From Clostridia bacterium (lineage in GTDB: Bacteria > Bacillota > Clostridia > UMGS1840): DNA of 64,000 nucleotides. Each line of letters starts with the position of its first letter. The first letter of the stretch is position 1. Made by a program: the position numbers and the translations under genes. The DNA is taken from positions 5,080 to 69,079 of the forward strand of contig JAFUIN010000023.1 in NCBI GenBank assembly GCA_017468465.1. Direction: 5' to 3'. Shown piece after piece: positions 1 to 8,747 of this stretch. The notes under the pieces were generated by a model. The model ran no database searches. It saw only the letters and a program-made list of their open reading frames with translations, and was not told the origin of the DNA.

Positions 1-228
1 CACACGATGTTCCACCGGCGAAAACACATCACTGGCACGACCGCCTACATTTACCGTGGGAGAATCTGCTGTGCGAAGATGGGGGTTTTCGTCCTCCAAT
101 CGTTCCAGTTCACGCAAAAGCTTATCATAGGTAAAGTCGTCCACTACCGGATTGTCCTGGTTATAGTAACAATCTGAATAATATTTGAGAAGTTCTTTTA
201 ATTCTGTGATACGCTGCTCTGCTGACAT
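1..228 (-). CDS. ligA: NAD-dependent DNA ligase, N-terminal part (runs off left edge)
   Basis: Manual translation from ATG at 228: MSAEQRITELKELLKYYSDCYYNQDNPVVDDFTYDKLLRELERLEDENPHLRTADSPTVNVGG, the typical LigA N-terminus (YY..D.P.+.D..YD.L..EL..LE...P....DSPT..VGG). Not in ORF track. Confidence 0.93.
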   Translation of the reverse strand, partial: MSAEQRITELKELLKYYSDCYYNQDNPVVDDFTYDKLLRELERLEDENPHLRTADSPTVNVGGRASDVFSPVEHRV

Positions 229-243
229 ATCAAAAAACGCTCC

Positions 244-876
244 TTACATACCTTGGCTCAGGCTTTTATAGTTAATAAAAAAGTTGTAGTCCATCACTTG
301 TCGCACCACAAAAGAGCTGTCGATTTGCTCACATACATTGCGGGAAAGCTCTGTAGTATTGGACGGTGGTATCAATAGCACCGCAACCACAATGAAGCAA
401 ACTGTAATAAAGGATGCTCCGGATAACACCACGCCGCACAGACGGTTTAACGTGCCGATTACCGGAACGTGGTTAATCAGCTTGGTGCACTTCTTCAGAA
501 TCAGTATTCCCAGTTTTATAATGAAAATGATCAGAAGAATACTAATCACGTTAAGAATGACAGTGGTGATGCCGGATGCCATCGTTTCGGTTAAGGCAGT
601 GACATCAAACACCTGATATTTTACAAACAAACCATCTAACTGTGCGTTTGCCTGACTTTTTTCCACATATCCTTTCATCCACTCTAAAACACCGGCGTTT
701 ACCCAGTCATACAACGGGGTTTTCATCAGCATTGGTGTAATGTACGGATACAATAAATAACCGCCGATGGCAGATATAATGACACCCATAAATCCAACCA
801 ATGCCTGCAAAAATCCGGTTTTATAACCTACATAAAAGGCAATTACCAAACAAATGATAAATAAAATATCAAGCAT
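244..876 (-). CDS. CvpA (colicin V production) family membrane protein
   Basis: N-terminal LDILFII..G.K.GF pattern and 'PVIGTLNRLCG' motif; several hydrophobic helices. Confidence 0.8.
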   Translation of the reverse strand: MLDILFIICLVIAFYVGYKTGFLQALVGFMGVIISAIGGYLLYPYITPMLMKTPLYDWVNAGVLEWMKGYVEKSQANAQLDGLFVKYQVFDVTALTETMASGITTVILNVISILLIIFIIKLGILILKKCTKLINHVPVIGTLNRLCGVVLSGASFITVCFIVVAVLLIPPSNTTELSRNVCEQIDSSFVVRQVMDYNFFINYKSLSQGM

Positions 877-894
877 TTTTAATCCCCTTTCCTG

Positions 895-2058
895 TTAACG
901 AAGCACCATACGCTCCTGCCCGATGACAGCAATTTTATTTTTGAAATAGGTTGCGTCCTTGATTTCAAAATCCATTAGTTCGCTGTCTAAAATTTTTCCG
1001 TTTTTAGAAACATTCAAAATTTCTTTTCTTTTGTATGCTAAAAATTTGTCTTTGGAAATATCGCCAATTTTTAAGAACGCATCCAGAGAAAAGCTATCTG
1101 TTTTTCTTCCTTTTTTATCATATACCTCGCAGAGATAATTTTCGGAAACAGAGTTTTCAAAGCACAAAAGCACGGAACCGTTGGTAAAGGTATCAAACTG
1201 CTTTAATTTTCTGTCGCCAAACTGTGTCAAGAGACTCAATTCGCCGCTGTCTGTCATCAAATACAGTCCATTCGTGCAAAGTATCAAGGCATACTGGTCA
1301 GTATAAGAAACAGCTACGCCCATTTTATCCCCAATTACCTGCCCTCTGACAGGTTCTTCGGTATCCAGCCGGAAAAACAGCATTTTGGAAGTAATTCCCC
1401 CACCGGACACATCATTGGTTAAAACCGCCATCATATCGGTTTTCGGGTTAATTTTTGCATCTACTACATAGCCTGTACCGGAATACCAGGTGTATAACTC
1501 GTTACCATATTCATTGTAAACCTTCACCGCAGCTTTAGAGCCATCCTCGTGAAGAATCATTACAAACTGACCTTTTTCGTTCATATCTGCACGAATGATT
1601 TCCTTATCGAAGCTCAGCGGTGCAATAATTCCGCTTTCGTCAAATAAAAGTGCTGTAGTTCCGGAAATATCGTATGCAAGAATGGTTTTTTCGCTGGTTA
1701 AGTATACCGGTTCTTGCATTGCACGAATAAACGGAGAAATGGTGGAGTTTACATCATGTGCTACATCCTTGCCCAAAGCATTTACCGATTTCAACCCGTC
1801 AATAGTGGTGAGGTAGTATGTATTTTTTAATGACACACCACTGATATGCTGTGCAGGAGTATAATACACCGGTTCTGCCTGCCCGGGAGCTGAAAACAGA
1901 CCGCTTTGATATAAAAAGCCGATCCCAAGACACAGTAATGCCAGCAGAATAACTGCAAGCAATATTTTCCAGAAGGTGTTTTTCTTTTGCTTCTTTTTCT
2001 CAGCGCGCTTTTTCCGAAGCTCAATCCGTTCTTCCAGGGTTCTTTCTTTCTTTTTCAT
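895..2058 (-). CDS. Membrane-anchored beta-propeller-like protein (DUF5711-like)
   Basis: Basic N-terminus, single TM helix, then repeated beta-rich segments; start placed at MKKKERT (2058) after RBS GAAAGAGG. Confidence 0.55.
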   Translation of the reverse strand: MKKKERTLEERIELRKKRAEKKKQKKNTFWKILLAVILLALLCLGIGFLYQSGLFSAPGQAEPVYYTPAQHISGVSLKNTYYLTTIDGLKSVNALGKDVAHDVNSTISPFIRAMQEPVYLTSEKTILAYDISGTTALLFDESGIIAPLSFDKEIIRADMNEKGQFVMILHEDGSKAAVKVYNEYGNELYTWYSGTGYVVDAKINPKTDMMAVLTNDVSGGGITSKMLFFRLDTEEPVRGQVIGDKMGVAVSYTDQYALILCTNGLYLMTDSGELSLLTQFGDRKLKQFDTFTNGSVLLCFENSVSENYLCEVYDKKGRKTDSFSLDAFLKIGDISKDKFLAYKRKEILNVSKNGKILDSELMDFEIKDATYFKNKIAVIGQERMVLR

Positions 2059-2083
2059 CAAATCACATCCTCTTTCAGACCGA

Positions 2084-2818
2084 TTAGTAATATACATCGT
2101 ATAAATATAATCCATGCGGCGGAACCGTCATTCCCGCATCTGTACGGCATTTGCTTTCTATGATAGTCTTTAATTCTTCCCGTTCCATTTTGCCATTCCC
2201 GATTTGAATCAGCGTACCGGTGATAATTCTTACCATATTATATAAAAATCCATTAGCAGAAATGCGGATTTCAATTTCATTTCCCGTTTTTGTGACGGTT
2301 AATTCGGTGACATTTCGAACGGTAGTTTTCACCTGAGCACCCGATGCCATGAAACATTTGAAATCCTTTTCTCCCACAATTAAACTGCAGGCATCCTGCA
2401 TTTTTTTCACGTCCAAAGGAATGGGATAAAAATAACTGCGTTTACAGAAAAGTGCTTCCGGATTTCTTTGGTTTAAGATTTTATACACATAGGTTTTATA
2501 CTTTGGTGAAAACCGTGCATGAAAATCATTGGGAACCTCTTTGCATTCTCTCACCGTGATATCGCAAGGCAATAAAGAATTCATTGCCAGAACAAAACGG
2601 TCACAAGGAATGGGCGACTTGGTATGCACGTTAAAATAATAGCGCAGTGCATGAACTCCCGCATCCGTTCTGCCACAGCCGATGATGCGCAAATTTTCCC
2701 CCGTTAACGTATGAAGCACTCGTTCCAGCTCGCTCTGGATGGTAATTTGCCCATCCTGACACTGATAGCCGTGATAATTGGTGCCGTCGTAGGAAATCTG
2801 AAACAGTAAATTTCTCAT
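2084..2818 (-). CDS. truA: tRNA pseudouridine(38-40) synthase
   Basis: YDGTNYHGYQ, GRTDAGVHA, FHARF, GFLYNMVRII, PPHGLYL motifs; follows ecfT. Confidence 0.97.
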   Translation of the reverse strand: MRNLLFQISYDGTNYHGYQCQDGQITIQSELERVLHTLTGENLRIIGCGRTDAGVHALRYYFNVHTKSPIPCDRFVLAMNSLLPCDITVRECKEVPNDFHARFSPKYKTYVYKILNQRNPEALFCKRSYFYPIPLDVKKMQDACSLIVGEKDFKCFMASGAQVKTTVRNVTELTVTKTGNEIEIRISANGFLYNMVRIITGTLIQIGNGKMEREELKTIIESKCRTDAGMTVPPHGLYLYDVYY

Positions 2819-3624
2819 AAGGATGCTCCCACAAGGTTACAGGATAGCATAACCGTAATTGCTAAAATAAAGACGAACAGTGCTAACGTATCCTTTTTCT
2901 GATATTTCAGTTCTTTCAGCTTTGTGCGGTCATCACCGCCGTGATAGCAACGGGATTCCATTGCAACTGCCAACTCGTCTGCCCGACGAAAAGCCGATAC
3001 AAACAGCGGAATTAAAATGGGAACAAGCGCTTTTGCACGGCGAATCAGATTCCCCTCGGAAAGAGCTGCTCCCCTTGCCTTTTGTGCTGCCATAATCTTG
3101 TCGGTTTCTTCAATCAATGTGGGAATAAACCGCAGTGCAATAGACATCATCATGGCAATTTCGTGTGCCGGCACACCGATTTTGGCAAACGGCTTCAATA
3201 AACTTTCAATACCGGAGGTTAGCGTAATGGGCGTGGTGGTATAGGTTAAAAACGACGTCCCCATCACCAAAAACACAATACGAAACAGCATAAACAACGA
3301 CATAATAATGCCTTCATGGGTAATTTTTAAGATTCCCCATTGCCACAGAATCCGTCCATCTGTCATAAATAGATTCAACAGTGCTGTAATAGACATCAGA
3401 ATGAGTAAGGGTTTTAAGCCTTTCAATAAAAAGCTAACCGGAATTTTGGAGACAGCACAAAGAAGTAAGGTGAGTACCGCCAACACCAAAAATCCCCAGA
3501 AATTCTGAATCAGAAAAATCGAAACAATATAAACCAGCGTCAAAACAATTTTCAAGCGGGGGTCTAATTTGTGAACCACTGATTCTGACGGGTAATACTG
3601 CCCGATGGTAATATCCTTTAACAT
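2815..3624 (-). CDS. ecfT: ECF transporter transmembrane component T
   Basis: LDPRLK, ALRFIPTL, AQKARG, AMESRCY motifs; ecfA-ecfA'-ecfT-truA order. Confidence 0.95.
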   Translation of the reverse strand: MLKDITIGQYYPSESVVHKLDPRLKIVLTLVYIVSIFLIQNFWGFLVLAVLTLLLCAVSKIPVSFLLKGLKPLLILMSITALLNLFMTDGRILWQWGILKITHEGIIMSLFMLFRIVFLVMGTSFLTYTTTPITLTSGIESLLKPFAKIGVPAHEIAMMMSIALRFIPTLIEETDKIMAAQKARGAALSEGNLIRRAKALVPILIPLFVSAFRRADELAVAMESRCYHGGDDRTKLKELKYQKKDTLALFVFILAITVMLSCNLVGASL

Positions 3625-3626
3625 AG

Positions 3627-4481
3627 TTATCCTCTCAAATTCATAATTGCCGAAACTGCATCCGAAACCGTAAAAATATTTTCGGGGATCGCGATTCCCT
3701 TTTCCCGAAGCTTATGGACCGCTAATGTAACCTGCGGAACTGAAAGCCCGATTTTGTGAAGCTTTTCTGCGTGATGAAACACCTCTGCCAAACTGCCGGA
3801 AAGCATCACCTTTCCTTCGTTTAACACCAACAATTTATCACAGTATTTTGCAACATCCTCCATGCTGTGAGACACTAAAATAACGCTCATATTCATTTGT
3901 TTGTGAATGTTGCGGATACTTCTTAAAATTTCTTCTCTGCCCTTGGGATCCAGCCCGGCCGTGGGTTCATCCAGAATCAGAACCTTCGGTTCCATTGCCA
4001 GAACTCCTGCAATGGCAACTCTTCTCTTTTGCCCGCCGGAAACAGAAAAAGGTGATTTTTCTGCTAATTCAAAGGGCAAGCCAACCAATTCCATTGCCGT
4101 GCGTACCCGAAGATCAATCTCTTTTTCCGAAAGCCCCATATTGGAGGGCCCAAAAGCAATATCCTGATAAATGGTTTCTGCAAACAGCTGCTGTTCAGGA
4201 TACTGAAACACCAATCCAACCGTAAAGCAAAGACCTTTTGTATCAGCGTTTTTTCCGGTAATGATACGGTCTCCCACACGAATCGTTCCTTCTGTAGGCT
4301 TCACAAGACCGTTCAAATGCTGCACCAATGTGGATTTTCCGCTTCCGGAATGACCGATTAGCCCAACAAATTCACCGCTTTTCACAGTAAAATTGATGTT
4401 TTCCAGTGCCACCTTTTCAAAAGGAGTGCCGGGTACATATATATAAGTTAAATTTTCAACTGAAATATTCAATGTTTTCAC
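3627..4481 (-). CDS. ecfA2: ECF transporter ATPase A'
   Basis: GTPFE, Walker A GHSGSGKST, FQYPEQQLF, SGGQKRRVAIAG, LDEPTAGLDP. Confidence 0.95.
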   Translation of the reverse strand: MKTLNISVENLTYIYVPGTPFEKVALENINFTVKSGEFVGLIGHSGSGKSTLVQHLNGLVKPTEGTIRVGDRIITGKNADTKGLCFTVGLVFQYPEQQLFAETIYQDIAFGPSNMGLSEKEIDLRVRTAMELVGLPFELAEKSPFSVSGGQKRRVAIAGVLAMEPKVLILDEPTAGLDPKGREEILRSIRNIHKQMNMSVILVSHSMEDVAKYCDKLLVLNEGKVMLSGSLAEVFHHAEKLHKIGLSVPQVTLAVHKLREKGIAIPENIFTVSDAVSAIMNLRG

Positions 4482-4490
4482 CAGATTTTT

Positions 4491-5321
4491 CTACAATACT
4501 TTTGTGATTTGTTCTACCAATTCATCCACAGATAAGATGCAAGAGTCAATGTTCAACCCTGCCTGATGGAGCTGATAGGAAAGCTCGGTAATCTGCGGAA
4601 CGTCCAACCCCGTCTTTTTTAAGATTTCATATTGGGAAAAAATTTCCTCCGGTGTTCCGTCCAGTAAAATTTTTCCCTTTTCCATAACAACAATGCGGTC
4701 AGCAAGGGCTGCTTCTTCCATATTATGCGTGATGAGAATTGCGGTAATGCCATATTCCCGATTCAGTCTCAGAATGGTTTCCACTACTTCTTTTCTGCCT
4801 CTGGGGTCCAGCATAGCCGTGGGCTCATCCAGCACAATCACCGAGGGGCGCATGGCAACAATGCCGGCAATGGCAACCCGCTGTTTTTGTCCACCGGACA
4901 AGTGCTGCGGTGAACTGAGTCGGTATTCATACATCCCTACACATTTTAACGCATCGTCCACTCTTTTGCGAATTTCTTCGGAAGGAACGCCTAAATTTTC
5001 CGGTGCAAAGGCAACATCATCTTCAATGATGGATGCCACCAGCTGATTGTCGGGATTTTGAAATACCAATCCACAATTTTTCCGGATTTCTAAAAGAAGC
5101 GCTTCGTTCTTTGTATCCATCCCGGAAACATACACTGTTCCGCCGGTTGGAAGAAGCACTGCATTAAACAGCTTTGCCAAAGAAGATTTTCCACTGCCGT
5201 TATGCCCTAAAAGTGCGGTAAAGCTCCCTTTTTCGATTGTTAAATTAAACTGCTCAAGAACCTTTTTCTGACTGTCCTCATATCCAAAGGTCAGGTTCTC
5301 GGTTTTAATAATCTCCATCAT
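4491..5321 (-). CDS. ecfA1: ECF transporter ATPase A
   Basis: GHNGSGKS, FQNPDNQLV, LSGGQKQRVAIAG, LDEPTAMLDP. Confidence 0.95.
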   Translation of the reverse strand: MMEIIKTENLTFGYEDSQKKVLEQFNLTIEKGSFTALLGHNGSGKSSLAKLFNAVLLPTGGTVYVSGMDTKNEALLLEIRKNCGLVFQNPDNQLVASIIEDDVAFAPENLGVPSEEIRKRVDDALKCVGMYEYRLSSPQHLSGGQKQRVAIAGIVAMRPSVIVLDEPTAMLDPRGRKEVVETILRLNREYGITAILITHNMEEAALADRIVVMEKGKILLDGTPEEIFSQYEILKKTGLDVPQITELSYQLHQAGLNIDSCILSVDELVEQITKVL

Positions 5322-5339
5322 ATCTGATTCCTCTTTTTG

Positions 5340-6209
5340 CTACTCTGCCTGCCATCTTGCAGTAGAGCCGCAAGGTAAATACAAGCCGGAATGTGTGGCA
5401 CGAAAACCAATTTCGTCTGCTGTCACCTTTCCGCCGAATTTCTTCCCAACTGTTAAGTTCAGGATGTTTTCCATGACTGTATTGGACAGGCCTGTGGTAT
5501 AACTGTTGATAATAAAAAACAGCGGTTTTTCGGTTAAAATGCGGGAGGACAATTCCACCAGCTCAAAAATTTTATCTTCAATCTTCCATAACTCACCGTT
5601 CGGACCTCTCCCATAAGAAGGCGGATCCATAATAATGGCGTCGTAATAATTCTGGCGCTTAATTTCACGCTCCACAAATTTGTAAGCATCATCCACGATA
5701 AAGCGAACCTTGCCGTTTTGATTTAAGTTGTTTAGTTCTACATTTTCTTTCGCCCAGGTTACAATGGATTTCGCAGCATCCAGATGGCACACGCTTGCTC
5801 CCTCTTTTAAGCAGGCAACAGTGGCACCACCAGTATAGGCAAATAGATTGAGCACTTTGATTTCTCTGCCGGAGGAGCGAATCATATCACGGGCAAAATC
5901 CCAATTAACCGCCTGTTCGGGAAAAAGGCCGGTATGCTTAAAACCGGTAGGGCGCACCTTAAACCGTAAGTCACGATAAGAAATTTCCCAATGCTCGGGC
6001 AATTTTTTATAATATTTCCATTCGCCGCCACCCTTGTGACTGCGAAAATATTTGGCATCAATTTTTCCGGAATGCTTCCCGATGGCACCATGCTTCCACA
6101 CGACCTGGGGGTCGGGACGAAGAAGCTTGACATCCTTCCATCTCTCCAGCTTGTAGCCGTCTTCCGCATCCAGCAACTCAAAATCTTCCCAATACTCTGA
6201 AATCCACAT
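5340..6209 (-). CDS. Class I SAM-dependent methyltransferase (RlmI/RlmK-like)
   Basis: TGLFPEQ, VLNLFAYTGG, DPPSYGRG motifs. Confidence 0.88.
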   Translation of the reverse strand: MWISEYWEDFELLDAEDGYKLERWKDVKLLRPDPQVVWKHGAIGKHSGKIDAKYFRSHKGGGEWKYYKKLPEHWEISYRDLRFKVRPTGFKHTGLFPEQAVNWDFARDMIRSSGREIKVLNLFAYTGGATVACLKEGASVCHLDAAKSIVTWAKENVELNNLNQNGKVRFIVDDAYKFVEREIKRQNYYDAIIMDPPSYGRGPNGELWKIEDKIFELVELSSRILTEKPLFFIINSYTTGLSNTVMENILNLTVGKKFGGKVTADEIGFRATHSGLYLPCGSTARWQAE

Positions 6210-6271
6210 AATTTATCCTCATTTTTCTAAGTAAAATCTACAAAAATCTAAAAATGGACATACTTTGATAT

Positions 6272-6300
6272 ATTTTATCACAAAAGCATAGACTTGTCAA
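6272..6300 (-). promoter_or_regulatory. Sigma-A promoter for the methyltransferase-ecf-truA operon
   Basis: Minus strand TTGACA-17 bp-TAAAAT with TG extension. Confidence 0.75.
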
Positions 6301-6408
6301 GGTTTACAGGGCGAAAAACAGCATAAAAAAAGCCTCCTCTGTGTAAGATGAGATAAGGATTGCCGAACAAAACTCGGAGGGGTTGTTATAGGGTAAAAAT
6401 ATTAAAAA

Positions 6409-6577
6409 GAGATTCCTCGCATTCAATCGGAATGACACCTGTCAGGTGTTCTGCCGATTTTTTTCTTTTGTCATTCTGAGGAGTCCGCATGACGACGAAG
6501 AATCTCCTTTGCAGAGTATGTAATAATCCTACAGAAAGATTCCGCGTTTCAACGTGCCATTGACATGCGGAATGGCA
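6409..6577. repeat. Cluster of REP-like palindromic elements
   Basis: GAGATTCCTCG..GGAATGACA (6409-6437) is inverted relative to TGTCATTCTGAG..CGAAGAATCTC (6469-6506); degenerate third copy AGATTCCGC..GCGGAATGGCA (6537-6577). Confidence 0.65.
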
Positions 6578-6659
6578 GCAGAAAACGTGATTCGCAGAGC
6601 AACCTATCTATTAACATCCATAAAAAACGGAATATTCCAAAAAAGATTAAAAATTTTGC

Positions 6660-6688
6660 TTGCATTAAAGTGTATTATATGGTATAAT
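6660..6688 (+). promoter_or_regulatory. Sigma-A promoter for the topoisomerase operon
   Basis: TTGCAT-17 bp-TATAAT with TG extension, about 30 bp before the GTG start. Confidence 0.75.
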
Positions 6689-6719
6689 AAAATGTAAAAA
6701 TATTGAAGAGGTGAACTGA

Positions 6720-8702
6720 GTGGCAACGGAAGAAATTTACGGCAACGACAGTATATCCAAACTGAAAGACGAGGAGCGTGTCAGACTGCGCCCTGCGGTT
6801 ATTTTCGGTTCGGATGGTATTACGGGCTGTCAGCACTCTATTTTTGAAATATTATCTAACTCTATTGACGAAGCCAGAGAAGGCTACGGCAAAAAAATTG
6901 AAATCACCAGATTTCGTGACCAATCGGTTGAAGTCAAAGACTATGGTCGCGGAATTCCTTTGGACTACAACTCCAAGGAAGACACCTACAACTGGCAGTT
7001 GGTTTTTTGCGAATTGTATGCCGGTGGGAAATATAACAATCAGGGTGGCGAAAACTACGAATACAGCTTGGGCTTGAACGGTCTGGGCGCATGCGCAACC
7101 CAATATGCTTCTGAATATATGAGCGTTCGGGTGGTTCGTGACGGATATCTCTATTCCCTGGAATTTGAAAAAGGAAAAAATGTAGGTGGATTAAAAAAAG
7201 AACCCACATTAGAAAAGAAAACAGGCACCGTTATCAAGTGGCGGCCCGATTTAGAAGTATTTACCGACATTGATGTTCCTCTGGAATATTACATCAATAC
7301 ATTAAAAAAACAAGCTGTGGTAAACTCCGGCATTACATTTCTCTTAAAAGACGAATTGGAAAACGGAAAATTTCAGGAGTATACCTTCCTTTATAAAGAC
7401 GGTATCACCGACTATGTAAACGAGTTGACAACAGAAAAGGCGCTTACCCAGGTTCGCACCGTTTCTGCGGAACGTCTGGGACGTGACAGGTCGGACAAGC
7501 CGGAATACAAAGTAAAAATGAACTTCGCATTCTGTTTCAACAACGAAGTGAACCTCATTGAATATTATCACAACTCCAGCTTTCTGGAATATGGCGGTTC
7601 CCCCGAAAAGGCAGTAAAAAATGCGTTTGTTTACGCCATTGACAACTATATCAAGCAAACCAACAAATACAAAGCAAACGAAGCAAAGATTACTTACAAC
7701 GATGTATTTGACAGCTTGATTTTGGTGTCCAACTCATTCTCCACCATTACCTCTTATGAAAACCAGACCAAAAAAGCAATTACCAACAAGTTTATTCAAG
7801 AGGCAATGCAGGATTTCTTAAAAGAACAGTTGGAAATCTACTTTATCGAAAATAAAACTGATGCCGAAAAAATTGCAGAGCAGATTTTAGTAAACAAACG
7901 AAGCCGTGAACAAGCGGAAAAAGCCAAGGTTAACATTAAGAAAAAGCTGTCGCAAGCTGTCGATGTGGTAAACCGTGTGCAGAAGTTTGTGGATTGCCGT
8001 ACCAAAGATGTGGCTCGACGTGAGCTTTACATCGTGGAAGGTGATTCTGCGCTGGGCTCCTGTAAATTGGGCAGAGATGCAGAATTTCAGGCAATTATGC
8101 CAATCCGCGGTAAAATATTGAACTGCTTGAAAGCCGAATACGATAAAATTTTCAACTCTGAAATCATCACCGATTTGATGCGCGTGCTTGGCTGCGGTGT
8201 GGAAATTAAACTGAAAAATCAAAAAGATATGTCTGCCTTTGATTTGGACAAGTTAAGATGGGACAAAATCATCATTTGTACCGATGCTGATGTGGACGGA
8301 TTCCAGATCCGTACCCTGGTTTTGACTATGCTTTATATCCTGACCCCCACTCTCATTGAAAAAGGAAAAGTTTATATCGCAGAATCTCCCCTTTATGAAA
8401 TTAACTCCAAAGAAAAAGGAACATTCTTTGCATACGATGAAAAAGAAAAAACTGACCATCTGGCTTCCTTGACCGGAAAATATACCCTCCAGCGTTCCAA
8501 GGGACTTGGTGAAAACGAGCCGGAAATGATGTGGCAAACCACCATGAACCCTGAAACAAGACGGTTAATCAAGGTAATGCCCGAAGGAATGATTGAAACC
8601 AAAGAAACCTTTGAGCTGCTTCTGGGAGATAACCTGCAGGGCAGAAAAGATTATATTCAAATGCACGGTAAAGAATATTACGAATTTTTGGATATCAGCT
8701 GA
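6720..8702 (+). CDS. Type IIA topoisomerase subunit B (ParE/GyrB family, probably topo IV-like)
   Basis: GHKL motifs (EILSNSIDE, DYGRGIP, AGGK) and TOPRIM motifs (IVEGDSA, PIRGKILN, TDADVDG, KGLGE). Confidence 0.92.
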   Translation: MATEEIYGNDSISKLKDEERVRLRPAVIFGSDGITGCQHSIFEILSNSIDEAREGYGKKIEITRFRDQSVEVKDYGRGIPLDYNSKEDTYNWQLVFCELYAGGKYNNQGGENYEYSLGLNGLGACATQYASEYMSVRVVRDGYLYSLEFEKGKNVGGLKKEPTLEKKTGTVIKWRPDLEVFTDIDVPLEYYINTLKKQAVVNSGITFLLKDELENGKFQEYTFLYKDGITDYVNELTTEKALTQVRTVSAERLGRDRSDKPEYKVKMNFAFCFNNEVNLIEYYHNSSFLEYGGSPEKAVKNAFVYAIDNYIKQTNKYKANEAKITYNDVFDSLILVSNSFSTITSYENQTKKAITNKFIQEAMQDFLKEQLEIYFIENKTDAEKIAEQILVNKRSREQAEKAKVNIKKKLSQAVDVVNRVQKFVDCRTKDVARRELYIVEGDSALGSCKLGRDAEFQAIMPIRGKILNCLKAEYDKIFNSEIITDLMRVLGCGVEIKLKNQKDMSAFDLDKLRWDKIIICTDADVDGFQIRTLVLTMLYILTPTLIEKGKVYIAESPLYEINSKEKGTFFAYDEKEKTDHLASLTGKYTLQRSKGLGENEPEMMWQTTMNPETRRLIKVMPEGMIETKETFELLLGDNLQGRKDYIQMHGKEYYEFLDIS

Positions 8703-8747
8703 TAATTTTTTTGCACAAAAGAAACCATAAAAGGAGCGTGACCCCCT

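Noticed and set aside
6325-6385. AGCCTCCT...GGAGGGGTT hairpin resembling an IS left end
   Set aside because: No transposase, matching right end or target duplication seen; too little to call.
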